Below are positions 1 through 8,379 of a DNA stretch of 10,157 nt, piece by piece. The notes below the pieces were generated by a model, which did no database searches, was not told where the DNA came from, and was given only the letters and a program-made list of their open reading frames with translations. Source of the stretch: an uncultured Deinococcales bacterium (GTDB lineage Bacteria; Deinococcota; Deinococci; Deinococcales; JAAFIG01); assembly GCA_964244895.1 (NCBI GenBank), contig CAXTKV010000190.1, forward strand, positions 1-10,157, written 5' to 3'. The first letter of the stretch is position 1; each line of letters opens with the position of its first letter. Both the position numbers and the translations under genes were made by a program.

Positions 1-360
1 CGAACCTACCACAGCGTGTTATCAGCAGAGATCGCCCGTCAGACCGAGGAACTCGATCAGAGTCAGCGGGCGAAAAACGGTCGAACCCTGATCACCGTCG
101 GAGCGGCACTGGCAGCCGTGGCGAGCCAGGCCGCCGCGCAGAACACCTTCGGCGCGGCGACCCAGAAGATGGTCGCCGAAGGCAACTCACTGCAGACGAA
201 CATTGTGACGGTCCTCGGCGTTTTTGGTGGGATCTGCTTCTTGGTCGGAATAGGAATGTTTATGGCTCGCAATCGCAACGCCGTGGGGGTGATGGCAGCA
301 GCCGTGGTGTCGCTGTTGCTGATTCCGGTCACAAAAGCCTTGCCCGCGCTGGCCAGGTGA
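1..360 (+). CDS. VirB2/TrbC-like conjugative pilin precursor (probably 5'-partial)
   Basis: Frame is open from base 1 (RTYHS precedes the GTG at 16), so the start may lie upstream. Charged leader, then signal-like TLITVGAALAAVASQAAA|Q (Q at 139), giving a predicted 73-aa mature peptide with two hydrophobic segments joined by a basic loop (ARNRN). Lies two genes upstream of VirB4. Confidence 0.7.
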   Translation, partial: RTYHSVLSAEIARQTEELDQSQRAKNGRTLITVGAALAAVASQAAAQNTFGAATQKMVAEGNSLQTNIVTVLGVFGGICFLVGIGMFMARNRNAVGVMAAAVVSLLLIPVTKALPALAR

Positions 361-371
361 AGGGGTAGATC

Positions 372-728
372 GTGGAGCATGACCTCCACAGGACGCTGAA
401 GGTCACGGGCCGCGTGACCTTCAGAAACATCGGCGGCATGGAGATCGGCGTGGGTATCTTCGCTGGCGTGATCACCCTGTTGTTGTTTGGTTCACTCGGG
501 GTTGTCGTCCAGTACGCGCTCGCGGTCTTCAACACCGTCGTGTTCATCATCGTCGGCGTCATGCTTCGTCGAGCGCTCCCCGGCCCGAGCGGGGCGTACC
601 TGATGGAGTGGATGATGTCGCACCGCCTGTACAAACCCGCCCCGGACCCGGTTCACGCGCCGCAAATCGTGGATCAATCGCTGTTGCAGGAAGCCAGGGA
701 GGAGGTTCATGCTCGCGGCTTTAGCTGA
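372..728 (+). CDS. VirB3-like small inner-membrane T4SS protein (118 aa)
   Basis: GTG start preceded by AGGGG at 361-365. Two adjacent hydrophobic segments followed by a polar tail. Sits between the pilin-like gene and VirB4, overlapping the VirB4 start by 20 bp. Family call rests on topology and synteny. Confidence 0.6.
   Translation: MEHDLHRTLKVTGRVTFRNIGGMEIGVGIFAGVITLLLFGSLGVVVQYALAVFNTVVFIIVGVMLRRALPGPSGAYLMEWMMSHRLYKPAPDPVHAPQIVDQSLLQEAREEVHARGFS
697..705 (+). promoter_or_regulatory. Shine-Dalgarno site for virB4
   Basis: GGGAGGAGG just upstream of ATG 709. Confidence 0.75.
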
Positions 729-3264
729 CAACGAAATCGCGAAAGCACTGCCGTATTTTGAGCTGTTCGGCAACGGCATCGTCACGCTGATTGACGGTCG
801 CGCCGTCGTTGGTGTCGCTTTTGACTTACCAGCCGCGCCGACGCTCGGGGCGGGGCAGCTCGAGCGGATCGAGCGGGGTCTTCGAGAGATCGCCTCGAGC
901 CTCGTTCCGAGCAAGGGCGTCCTGAACTGGCACGTGACCCTGCGCAAAAGCACCAGTGAGGTGATTGATCGCTTCACTGAGAGTCTGGAGACCGACCACG
1001 AGGTCACGGCTCGCTGGTCTCGGGCCGTGACGCGCAGACTCACGGGGCAGATCGAGGCGGGCTCGATCTTGACCTCCCACAACTTCGTGACGATCAGTTT
1101 CGGTCAGACGCGCAAGGGTGTGGCTGCGCCCAACCTGGTCACGGTCGCGCTTTCTAAAGTGCTGAAGGGACTGGCGCAACGCACCCACGTCGCGCGGACC
1201 GTCGAAGACTTCAGCGAAAACATCCAGGCCAGGGGCCTCGAGATTCAACTCGGCCTGGTCCGAAATCTTCGGCGCTTGGGCTTCAATCCTCGAGCGATGA
1301 ACGGCGACGATGTGTTCCGGGCGATTCGCGCGTACACGACCCCAGGGCGACGCGAATTGCTCGAGACCTACGTGCGTCCGGAGCCGCACTTTTACACCGA
1401 AGATCAGTACCGCCGCGATCCGAAGATCGGCGTCTGGACCTTGCGGGCGCAGTGCGTCGAACAGGAGGTCTTCACCGCCCCGTGGGATCACCTGCGAATC
1501 GGCCATCACTACGTTCAGTGCCTGGCGATGACGGGCTATCCCGAAACCTCAAAGATGAACACGATGGGTCCCATGCTGAACGCCCTGGCGGAGATGCCGG
1601 GCGAGGTCCATTTCGTGATGCAGCTCCACCACCCCGACCGCGAGATGATGGAGACGAAGCTCAATCAGACCTTCCAGAACCTCGACAGCCTGGTCGCAGA
1701 CATGCCCATCGTGGACCCGGCGATGCGCGAGCGCCGCGACAACATGGACGTCCTCTTGAAGCGTGCGGAGCGCAACAACGAGGGGTTTTTCGAGGTCATG
1801 GGCCTCCTGATCCTGGCCGACACCGACCGCGAAGTCCTGAAACACCGGGTGGCGGCGTTTCGTCGCAGCGCCGGAGAGGTGCCGGGCCGACCGTTCACTC
1901 TGATGCGCACCGGGATCTTGCAGCCGTTTCTCGAGGCCATGCCGTTTTCGGGCCGCCGGATGACCAGCGGCGTCACCTTTCTCGAGTCGCAAGCCGTGGC
2001 TCAACTGCCGCTCGGCGGAGCCTGGAACTCCGGTCACGCCCCGCAACTGCTGTTCAGGACGCGCAAGGGCACGCTGCTGCCCCTGGCGCTTCGCGGTGCG
2101 CACGTTCGGGCGTACAACATGGTCATCATCGGCGAGACGGGCGGCGGGAAGAGCTACACCGCGCAGGTGATCATGTCGTTCCTGGCGCGCTACGAGCGCA
2201 CACGATTGAACGTGATTGATGTCGGCGGTTCGTACCACGCGCTGTTCAGTCTGTTTGCGCCGCGCAGCGTCGCCGTCGAATTGACGACGCGCGGCGACAT
2301 GCGCTTCAACCCGTTCGACCTCGCCCCCGGCATGTCGCAGCCCGACGACGAGAAGATGAGTTTTCTGCTCTCCTTGTTCATGCTGTGTTTCAGAGACCTG
2401 CCCGGTGACCGCCTTGGACGCGCCCGAGCTTTGCTCGAGGAAGCCATCAAGCGCACCTACAACGCCGCCACCAACACCAAGGACGGCGTTGAGGTCGTGA
2501 TCATGAAGGATTGCACCGTCAGCCAGCTCCGGCGAGCGCTGGTCAACCTGCGTCAGGTGGGCAAGAGCAAGATGCTGGACGGGGACTACGAGCTGGCGAG
2601 TTCGATGGCGATGATGCTCGAGAGCTGGTGCGGGGAGAAAACCATCGGGCGGCTGATCGATGGCGAGAGCACCGTGCAGCTCGGCGAGGCGACGATGGTT
2701 TACTGGGACCTCTCCAAAATCGGGATCAAGAATCTAGAACTCGCTTCGGTCGCGGTGTCCGTCGTCAACGATTACATCCAGACGCGCCTGCGCCCCGAGG
2801 TCGAGACGCACACCTTCCTCGACGACATTGACGAGGTGATCGAAAAGCTCCCTGCGATGGCCGACCTGATCAACGACGGCTATCGCCGTGGACGCAAGCT
2901 GAATGCCTCGTGCACCCTGGTCACCCAGTTGTGGGAAGACCTGCCGGAGAAGGTCAAGGAACTCTCGTTCTTCTACTGGATCATCTCGGCCAACAAGAGC
3001 GCACCGGACATCGCGGCCCAGACGAAATTGCCCCCGGAGGCGGCGGCGATCATGCGCCAGTTGGGGCACGGCGAGGTGTTCTTGATCGTCCGCGAGAACG
3101 ACGGCACCAAAGCGGAAACGATATGTATCGAAGCCACCCCCGAGCAGCACTGGGCGATCACCACCAATCCGAATGAGGTGACCCTGCGAAAGCAAACCCT
3201 GGAGCGCTTCAATGGTGACTGGAACAAGACGGTGCAGTGGTTGGCCGCGACCGCGCCAATCTAG
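709..3264 (+). CDS. virB4: VirB4-family T4SS ATPase (851 aa)
   Basis: Walker A NMVIIGETGGGKS (GETGGGKS at 2131-2154), VIDVGGSY, FNPFD, Walker B-like HTFLDDIDE (2809-2835) and GRKLNASCTLVTQ. Length and motif order are typical of VirB4/TraC/TrbE. Confidence 0.92.
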   Translation: MLAALADNEIAKALPYFELFGNGIVTLIDGRAVVGVAFDLPAAPTLGAGQLERIERGLREIASSLVPSKGVLNWHVTLRKSTSEVIDRFTESLETDHEVTARWSRAVTRRLTGQIEAGSILTSHNFVTISFGQTRKGVAAPNLVTVALSKVLKGLAQRTHVARTVEDFSENIQARGLEIQLGLVRNLRRLGFNPRAMNGDDVFRAIRAYTTPGRRELLETYVRPEPHFYTEDQYRRDPKIGVWTLRAQCVEQEVFTAPWDHLRIGHHYVQCLAMTGYPETSKMNTMGPMLNALAEMPGEVHFVMQLHHPDREMMETKLNQTFQNLDSLVADMPIVDPAMRERRDNMDVLLKRAERNNEGFFEVMGLLILADTDREVLKHRVAAFRRSAGEVPGRPFTLMRTGILQPFLEAMPFSGRRMTSGVTFLESQAVAQLPLGGAWNSGHAPQLLFRTRKGTLLPLALRGAHVRAYNMVIIGETGGGKSYTAQVIMSFLARYERTRLNVIDVGGSYHALFSLFAPRSVAVELTTRGDMRFNPFDLAPGMSQPDDEKMSFLLSLFMLCFRDLPGDRLGRARALLEEAIKRTYNAATNTKDGVEVVIMKDCTVSQLRRALVNLRQVGKSKMLDGDYELASSMAMMLESWCGEKTIGRLIDGESTVQLGEATMVYWDLSKIGIKNLELASVAVSVVNDYIQTRLRPEVETHTFLDDIDEVIEKLPAMADLINDGYRRGRKLNASCTLVTQLWEDLPEKVKELSFFYWIISANKSAPDIAAQTKLPPEAAAIMRQLGHGEVFLIVRENDGTKAETICIEATPEQHWAITTNPNEVTLRKQTLERFNGDWNKTVQWLAATAPI

Positions 3265-3268
3265 GAGG
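3263..3268 (+). promoter_or_regulatory. Shine-Dalgarno site overlapping the virB4 stop codon
   Basis: TAGGAGG: the TAG stop (3262-3264) runs into AGGAGG, upstream of ATG 3273. Confidence 0.75.
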
Positions 3269-3272
3269 CCCC

Positions 3273-4361
3273 ATGAAAAAAGTCTTTGCAGTGCTGGTGG
3301 TGCTCTGGGTGAACGGCGCGATGGCCCAGGTGCCGGACGTGGTTCCGAGTCTGCCGGGCGGCGTGCCGAACGCCATCAACACTGGGCGAAGCGTGGCCCA
3401 ACCCGTCACCGACCCATTGAGCATCATGCAGCCGATTCAGCAGTTCGCCTCGAGCATGTGCGGCAACGTTCAGAACCTGAACTTCGGCTCGCTCGAGTTC
3501 ATCTGCACGGGGTCCTCGATGCTGAACACCGTGGGTGACATGATCACCAACTTTCAGTCCGACATGGCCTCGTTCACCGGAGAACTCGGCGGCGACATGC
3601 TCTCGGATGTCGTCAACACCCTGGCGAGCGGACTCGGGGCGGATGCGCTCAATGAGCACATGCAGAGCATGCGCAACGACCTCGCCAGCACGCCAGGACG
3701 GATCAAGGCGCAACTGCGGACCTCGGCCAGCATGCTGGTGCGCGACAGCGTCGGTCAACTCTTCGCCGGAAAAAAGGGCATGAGGTTGGGCGACGCGGCC
3801 AACCTGGCGACCTGGGCCAGAATCGTCAATCCGGAGCTGGCCGTCCAGGAGGTGACGAACGAGGTCAAGAAGGGCAAGACCCTGCTGGCGGCGGGTGACG
3901 CCCTGGCCGCCAGCACCTCGAGCGCCGACATCGCCACCCGGATGGCCGAGGCCGACGCCGGACAGAACCTCGCCAAGACGGTCAACGGTGATCCGTTGCG
4001 CGCCAACCTGGGCAAGGCCGAATTGCTCCGGCAGAACGTGGGGCGGGCCGTGAGTACGCGGGCCGCGATCCAGTCGCTGACCGAGGGGATCGCGGATGTG
4101 ATGTCCATTCAGGCGAGCGCCGCGATGAACAACGAAGCCTACGCCAAGGCGCAGGCGATGCAGGCGAGCTACACGACGGCGCAGCTCGCGACCCTGGTCA
4201 ATCTGTACGCCCAGAGCAAAGCCGACGAGTTGGAGGAGCAGAGCGGGGCCGTCGAGCAGGCGATGGCGGAAGTCTGGCAAGAGGTGCAGATGGCGACCGC
4301 CACCGGGAACCAGATGCGCCGTGCGCTCGACAAGAAATCTACCGACACCCTGAACTGGTGA
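3273..4361 (+). CDS. Secreted alpha-helical protein, putative VirB5/TrbJ-like minor pilin or tip protein (362 aa)
   Basis: Start reassigned from 3237 to ATG 3273 (AGGAGG upstream). Signal peptide MKKVFAVLVVLWVNGAMA|Q. Ala/Gln-rich helical C-terminal half. Occupies the VirB5 position between VirB4 and the VirB6-like gene. CDS is secure, family call is by synteny. Confidence 0.55.
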   Translation: MKKVFAVLVVLWVNGAMAQVPDVVPSLPGGVPNAINTGRSVAQPVTDPLSIMQPIQQFASSMCGNVQNLNFGSLEFICTGSSMLNTVGDMITNFQSDMASFTGELGGDMLSDVVNTLASGLGADALNEHMQSMRNDLASTPGRIKAQLRTSASMLVRDSVGQLFAGKKGMRLGDAANLATWARIVNPELAVQEVTNEVKKGKTLLAAGDALAASTSSADIATRMAEADAGQNLAKTVNGDPLRANLGKAELLRQNVGRAVSTRAAIQSLTEGIADVMSIQASAAMNNEAYAKAQAMQASYTTAQLATLVNLYAQSKADELEEQSGAVEQAMAEVWQEVQMATATGNQMRRALDKKSTDTLNW

Positions 4362-4364
4362 ATC

Positions 4365-5450
4365 GTGGATGACCTCTTTCGCATTTTTCAACCGATCGCG
4401 GTGCTCAACGTCTGGGCCGCGAACATCGGCAACATGGGCATCAAAAACCTGATCGTGGCCACCAGCGTCGTCCTCGTCACCATCGGTTTCCTGCTCGGCC
4501 TCTTCGGAACGGCCACGCTTCGACTGCCGTTCTGGACTCTGCTCGGTCGGACGCTCGTGATCTCTGTCCTGATCGGCGCGTCGCTTCCGATTGGATCGTT
4601 CACCAAAGGCTTCTGGGCCGTGCTGTACAACGCGGGGCTGGCGACCAGCACGAAATCACTCGAGACCGCCGTCGAGAAATCCGGCGCGTTCGGCGCGACC
4701 CTCGGGCTGATCGGCATGACGCTGACCGCAGGCAAAATGGTCGGCAGCGGAGCCTTGAAGGCGAAAAACCTGAAGGAGGCTGCGAGCGCGGCGGCGGCCA
4801 ACGGCAAGGACGTGCTGAAATGGGCCTCGGCCCTGAATCAGTTGATCGCCCCGTTCTGGTTCATGTACCTGCTCGTGGTCGTGATCTCGGGGTTGACGAT
4901 CTACCTGGGGAGCCTGTTCTTGCCCCTGTGCCTGGCCTTTTGCATGTTTCAGACCATCGGCGGCATGAGCTGGATCTCGGGCTGGATTCGCACGATGGTC
5001 AACGCGATGGCGGTGATGCTGATTCTTCCGGTCGTCTTCGCGTTCTCCTTGAAAATGGGCTGGGAAATTCCGATGAACGTCGTCAACAAGGGACTCGATC
5101 AAAAAGTCCAGGCCATCGCGTCCACCATGGCGCAAGTCGGTCAGCAGGAGGAGGCCATCGTCAAGGCGATCACCAGTCTCGGCACGGACGTGACCGCCAG
5201 CGTCGAGGCGGTCAAAGCCACGCTCGGCGGGGGCCTGATCAACAACGGTCTCAAACTGGTCGGCCTGACCATCGAGACCCTGACGATGTTCGTGGTCGGC
5301 GTCTTCGCGGTGATCGTGGGCCTCTTCATCGGCGGATTCCTGCTGATGAAAACCGACCAGTTCGCGGGCAAAACGCTCGGTGGAGCCGTGTCCGGGCTGG
5401 CCATGAGCACCTTGCGAGCGCCCAGGTGGCCGAGCGGTGCGCGATCATGA
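4365..5450 (+). CDS. Polytopic inner-membrane protein, VirB6/TrbL-like (361 aa)
   Basis: GTG 3 bp after the upstream stop. About 5-7 hydrophobic segments. The segment LTIYLGSLFLPLCLAFCMFQTIGGMSWISGWIRTMV resembles the VirB6/TrbL core (P..la......W). Gly-rich end. Synteny fits. Confidence 0.7.
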   Translation: MDDLFRIFQPIAVLNVWAANIGNMGIKNLIVATSVVLVTIGFLLGLFGTATLRLPFWTLLGRTLVISVLIGASLPIGSFTKGFWAVLYNAGLATSTKSLETAVEKSGAFGATLGLIGMTLTAGKMVGSGALKAKNLKEAASAAAANGKDVLKWASALNQLIAPFWFMYLLVVVISGLTIYLGSLFLPLCLAFCMFQTIGGMSWISGWIRTMVNAMAVMLILPVVFAFSLKMGWEIPMNVVNKGLDQKVQAIASTMAQVGQQEEAIVKAITSLGTDVTASVEAVKATLGGGLINNGLKLVGLTIETLTMFVVGVFAVIVGLFIGGFLLMKTDQFAGKTLGGAVSGLAMSTLRAPRWPSGARS

Positions 5451-7828
5451 ACATCCAGAGCCGACAGACCACCGTGCTGATCGGCCTCGTCGTGGGCTTG
5501 CTGATCTGGGGCGGCTGGGCTGGCTTCGAGGCGTACCGCCTCCTTGAGCAGCACACGAGGCGACCAGAAACGCGAACCATCCACGCCCAGATGGAAGCCG
5601 CTGGCAACAGCGGGCCGTACGCGTGCGCCTTCGATGGGCGTTGCCGCGCATCGTACGCGAGCGCCCTCGAGCGCTTCCCTCTGCACGTCGCCTTCGGCGC
5701 GGGGTTCGTCTTGCTCGGTCTACTGGCCGGTCACGTGCTCGGCACCGACACGAAGATCCGCCCCCCGGCGGGAGCGAGCTTTGCCCTGGAGGAGCAGTTG
5801 ACGCGTTTCCTGGTCGGGTCCCCAAAGCATCCACCGAAGCGCGGCTACCTCGGGGTGTTGCCGTCGGGACGGGTGCTGAACTGGCCCGGAGGTCTGGTCA
5901 ACATGGCGATCACGGGCAATCCCGGAGCGGGCAAGAGTTCGCGCTTTCTCAAGCCGCTGATCGTCAAATCGGCCTTCGATGGCTGTACCAGCATCATCTG
6001 GGACATGAAGCCGGGCGATTTCGAGGGCGGCTTCGAGGACGTGCTGGGGCTGTACCAGGCCCTCAAGCTGCCCACCTATGCCATCAAGCCGATGCACGAG
6101 GATAGCGTCAGTATCGATGTGCTCGAAGGGGTCAGCACCTACGCCGAGGCGATGGCGCTGTGCGAGATGCTGATCCCCGAGGCCGACAAGGAGGAGGTCG
6201 AGTTTTACCGCGAAGCCGAGCGCTCGATCCTGGCCAACCTGATCGTTGACGCCATTCGCCGGGGCCAACACCTCGAGTACGTCTACTGGCGCGCGAAATG
6301 GGGGGTCAAGGAGTTCAGGAAGTACGTGATGAGCGACCCTGAGATGCTCAATCGGCTGGCGACCACGCTGGATCGCACCAGCGAGCGACTCTCCGGGCTG
6401 CTGGATCACATCGCCAACAAGCTCGAGATCTTCTGCATGCCTTCGGTCGCCCACGCGTTGTGCGGGCAAAGCGCAGAGCGCCTCGATCTGCACAGCGCCT
6501 TCCGACAGCAGAGCGTGATCTACGTCGGCATCCCCAAGGAAATCGCCAAAGGTCCGCGCGGCGCGTACATGGCCCGGTTGATCTGGCGCATCATCCACCA
6601 GGCGGCGGACGAGACGATGGCCGTGACCAAACGCAAACGCCTCGAAACCAAGGTGATCCAGGTGATTGACGAGTTTGCCAACTGGCCGACCTTTCACGAC
6701 ATCGAATCCCGAATCTCCAATATGCGCAGCGCAGGGATGTGCTACATGCTCGCCTTTCAGAACCAGTCGCAAGGCTACGTCAAGTACGGCGAGTACAAGT
6801 TCAATTCGACGCTCGACGCGTGTCAGTACATGTTGTACTTCCCGCATCTACTGTCCGACACAGACAAATTCAAGCTCGAGCGGATCTTGGGCGAAACCGT
6901 GGTGATTGACGACAGCGTAGGGGTCGGCAGCGGTCCGCTCGGCTCGAGCAACTCGCGGCAATATCGCCACGTCAAGGTGCCGCTGCTCGCGGCCAGCGAC
7001 ATGTCCGTGTTCCCCGATGGCTGGGCGATTGTCGTCGGTCCGGAGACCCGACCGATCAAGGTCAGCTTGCCGCACCTCGACCACCCCGCGAATCCCTACC
7101 GCGAGGTCTACACCGACCTGTGCGAATTGGCACAGCGCCACGGCGATTCGAGGATGGTCGTTCAAGGCCGCGCCCAGCCCGAACCGGCGTCGGTCAACCG
7201 AGCCGTTCAGATCCGCGAGCCGCAGCACGCCCACGCTCGAACGCCGGGCGGGATCCCGCCGACCGCCTCGAGTCGCCTCCGCGCGGACGAACGCGATGAA
7301 CTGTTGTTACGAAGGTTCATCATTCACGCCTGCGAATCCGGGCGGGCCGAGCTGGCCACCCTCGAGAACCAGATCACGCAGGTCAAGCTCACGCACGTGG
7401 GTCCCGTGGACGCTCGCCTCGAGCACCTGCACTGGGTCACGCAGCGGGATGAGGCGGTGATCGTGACCCGCATCGCGCTCGAGCATCTGGAGGAGCACTA
7501 TCGGCGCAAACTTCGGCAACTCGCTCGAGTGACCGAGGTGCGTCGTTGGCTCGAAGATCACGCCGAATACGTCCTTGGACACGCGAAATTCGCGGGCGGT
7601 GAGATCAAAGGCCAGCTTGAAGCGGATGGGCGGTTGCTGCTCAACCTCGAGGACGCCCTCGCGCTCTGCGGCAAGGGGGCGACGAAACTGAAGGAAATCA
7701 TCGCGCTCGAGATCGAGGGTGAAGCCCGCCAGTTTCACCCGTTCATGATGACGGTCAATGTGGATGACCTCAAGAGCAACCTCAACACCAGCAAAAAGCG
7801 TGTCTACCGCAGCGAGGTAAGGGCATGA
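5447..7828 (+). CDS. virD4: VirD4/TraG-family type IV coupling protein with C-terminal extension (793 aa)
   Basis: Start reassigned from 4820 to ATG 5447 (ATGA overlap with the upstream stop). Two N-terminal TM segments, Walker A GNPGAGKS (5915-5938), IIWDMKPG, Walker B VIDEFAN (from 6662), MRSAGMCYMLAFQNQSQ and PLLAASDMSVFP..AIV..RPI, all characteristic of VirD4-type coupling proteins. Confidence 0.92.
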   Translation: MNIQSRQTTVLIGLVVGLLIWGGWAGFEAYRLLEQHTRRPETRTIHAQMEAAGNSGPYACAFDGRCRASYASALERFPLHVAFGAGFVLLGLLAGHVLGTDTKIRPPAGASFALEEQLTRFLVGSPKHPPKRGYLGVLPSGRVLNWPGGLVNMAITGNPGAGKSSRFLKPLIVKSAFDGCTSIIWDMKPGDFEGGFEDVLGLYQALKLPTYAIKPMHEDSVSIDVLEGVSTYAEAMALCEMLIPEADKEEVEFYREAERSILANLIVDAIRRGQHLEYVYWRAKWGVKEFRKYVMSDPEMLNRLATTLDRTSERLSGLLDHIANKLEIFCMPSVAHALCGQSAERLDLHSAFRQQSVIYVGIPKEIAKGPRGAYMARLIWRIIHQAADETMAVTKRKRLETKVIQVIDEFANWPTFHDIESRISNMRSAGMCYMLAFQNQSQGYVKYGEYKFNSTLDACQYMLYFPHLLSDTDKFKLERILGETVVIDDSVGVGSGPLGSSNSRQYRHVKVPLLAASDMSVFPDGWAIVVGPETRPIKVSLPHLDHPANPYREVYTDLCELAQRHGDSRMVVQGRAQPEPASVNRAVQIREPQHAHARTPGGIPPTASSRLRADERDELLLRRFIIHACESGRAELATLENQITQVKLTHVGPVDARLEHLHWVTQRDEAVIVTRIALEHLEEHYRRKLRQLARVTEVRRWLEDHAEYVLGHAKFAGGEIKGQLEADGRLLLNLEDALALCGKGATKLKEIIALEIEGEARQFHPFMMTVNVDDLKSNLNTSKKRVYRSEVRA

Positions 7829-8379
7829 GGGGGATGCTGGTCGGGTTGCTGCTGGTGGGCGGCTTCGCTCGAGCCGATGCATTTCGGATTGACACCGACC
7901 AGCAAGTCGCCGCCATCATCAACAGTGCCCGACGCGACGTGGTGTTGATGATTCCCGATCTGCGCAGCAGTGAGGTCTACAACGCATTGAGAACTGTATT
8001 GATCAACAATCGGCTGAAGGTGCGCGTGCTGACCGATGCCTCAACCGTGACCAACGGCGCGAACCGGATGGCCGCACTCAGCCTGCTCGGACTCGAGATC
8101 AGGAACCCTCCGGGCGAACTCAAACAAACCGCGCTTGCCTTTGACGTGCAGGTGCGCGTGCTCTCGGGCATTCGAGAGCGCTTTGCGCTGATTGACGGTC
8201 ATGCGTTGATGCGCGGCCCGGTGGTCGGCGAGCCGCCCACCATCGGCCAGGGTCGAACGTGGCTGATCACCGAAGCAGGCGATGTCGAGCGGTTTCGAGC
8301 GCTCTTCAATACCAACTGGGGTCGCGCCAAGCCGTGGGTCTACCGCATTTCTCGCAGTGTCATCAGGAGGTCAAAATGA
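7825..8379 (+). CDS. Secreted single-domain phospholipase D/Nuc-fold protein with degenerate HKD motif (184 aa)
   Basis: ATGA overlap with the virD4 stop, GAGGT at 7814-7818. Short signal-like N-terminus. PLD scaffold IINSARRDVVLM..VYNAL..KVRVLTD..RFALIDG..FRALFNTNW. The HxKxxxxD position reads RERFALID (8173-8196) and GSxN reads GPVV. Confidence 0.75.
   Translation: MRGMLVGLLLVGGFARADAFRIDTDQQVAAIINSARRDVVLMIPDLRSSEVYNALRTVLINNRLKVRVLTDASTVTNGANRMAALSLLGLEIRNPPGELKQTALAFDVQVRVLSGIRERFALIDGHALMRGPVVGEPPTIGQGRTWLITEAGDVERFRALFNTNWGRAKPWVYRISRSVIRRSK
8365..8370 (+). promoter_or_regulatory. Shine-Dalgarno site
   Basis: AGGAGG 5 nt upstream of ATG 8376. Confidence 0.75.

Noticed and set aside
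826..3227. Multiple alternative-frame and antisense ORFs inside virB4
   Set aside because: Fully nested in a strongly supported CDS, with low-complexity Arg-rich translations.
3261..4391. 376-aa antisense ORF
   Set aside because: Mirrors the sense gene almost exactly. Long antisense ORFs are expected from GC-rich codon bias, and no motifs are recognisable.
4820..5446. 209-aa N-terminal extension of the 1002-aa ORF (apparent giant VirD4)
   Set aside because: It overlaps the VirB6-like gene out of frame and has Arg/Gly/Pro-rich shadow composition. The ATGA-coupled ATG at 5447 gives normal VirD4 topology.
5720..6847. 375-aa antisense ORF within virD4
   Set aside because: Shadow of a well-supported gene, with no independent motif or start signal.
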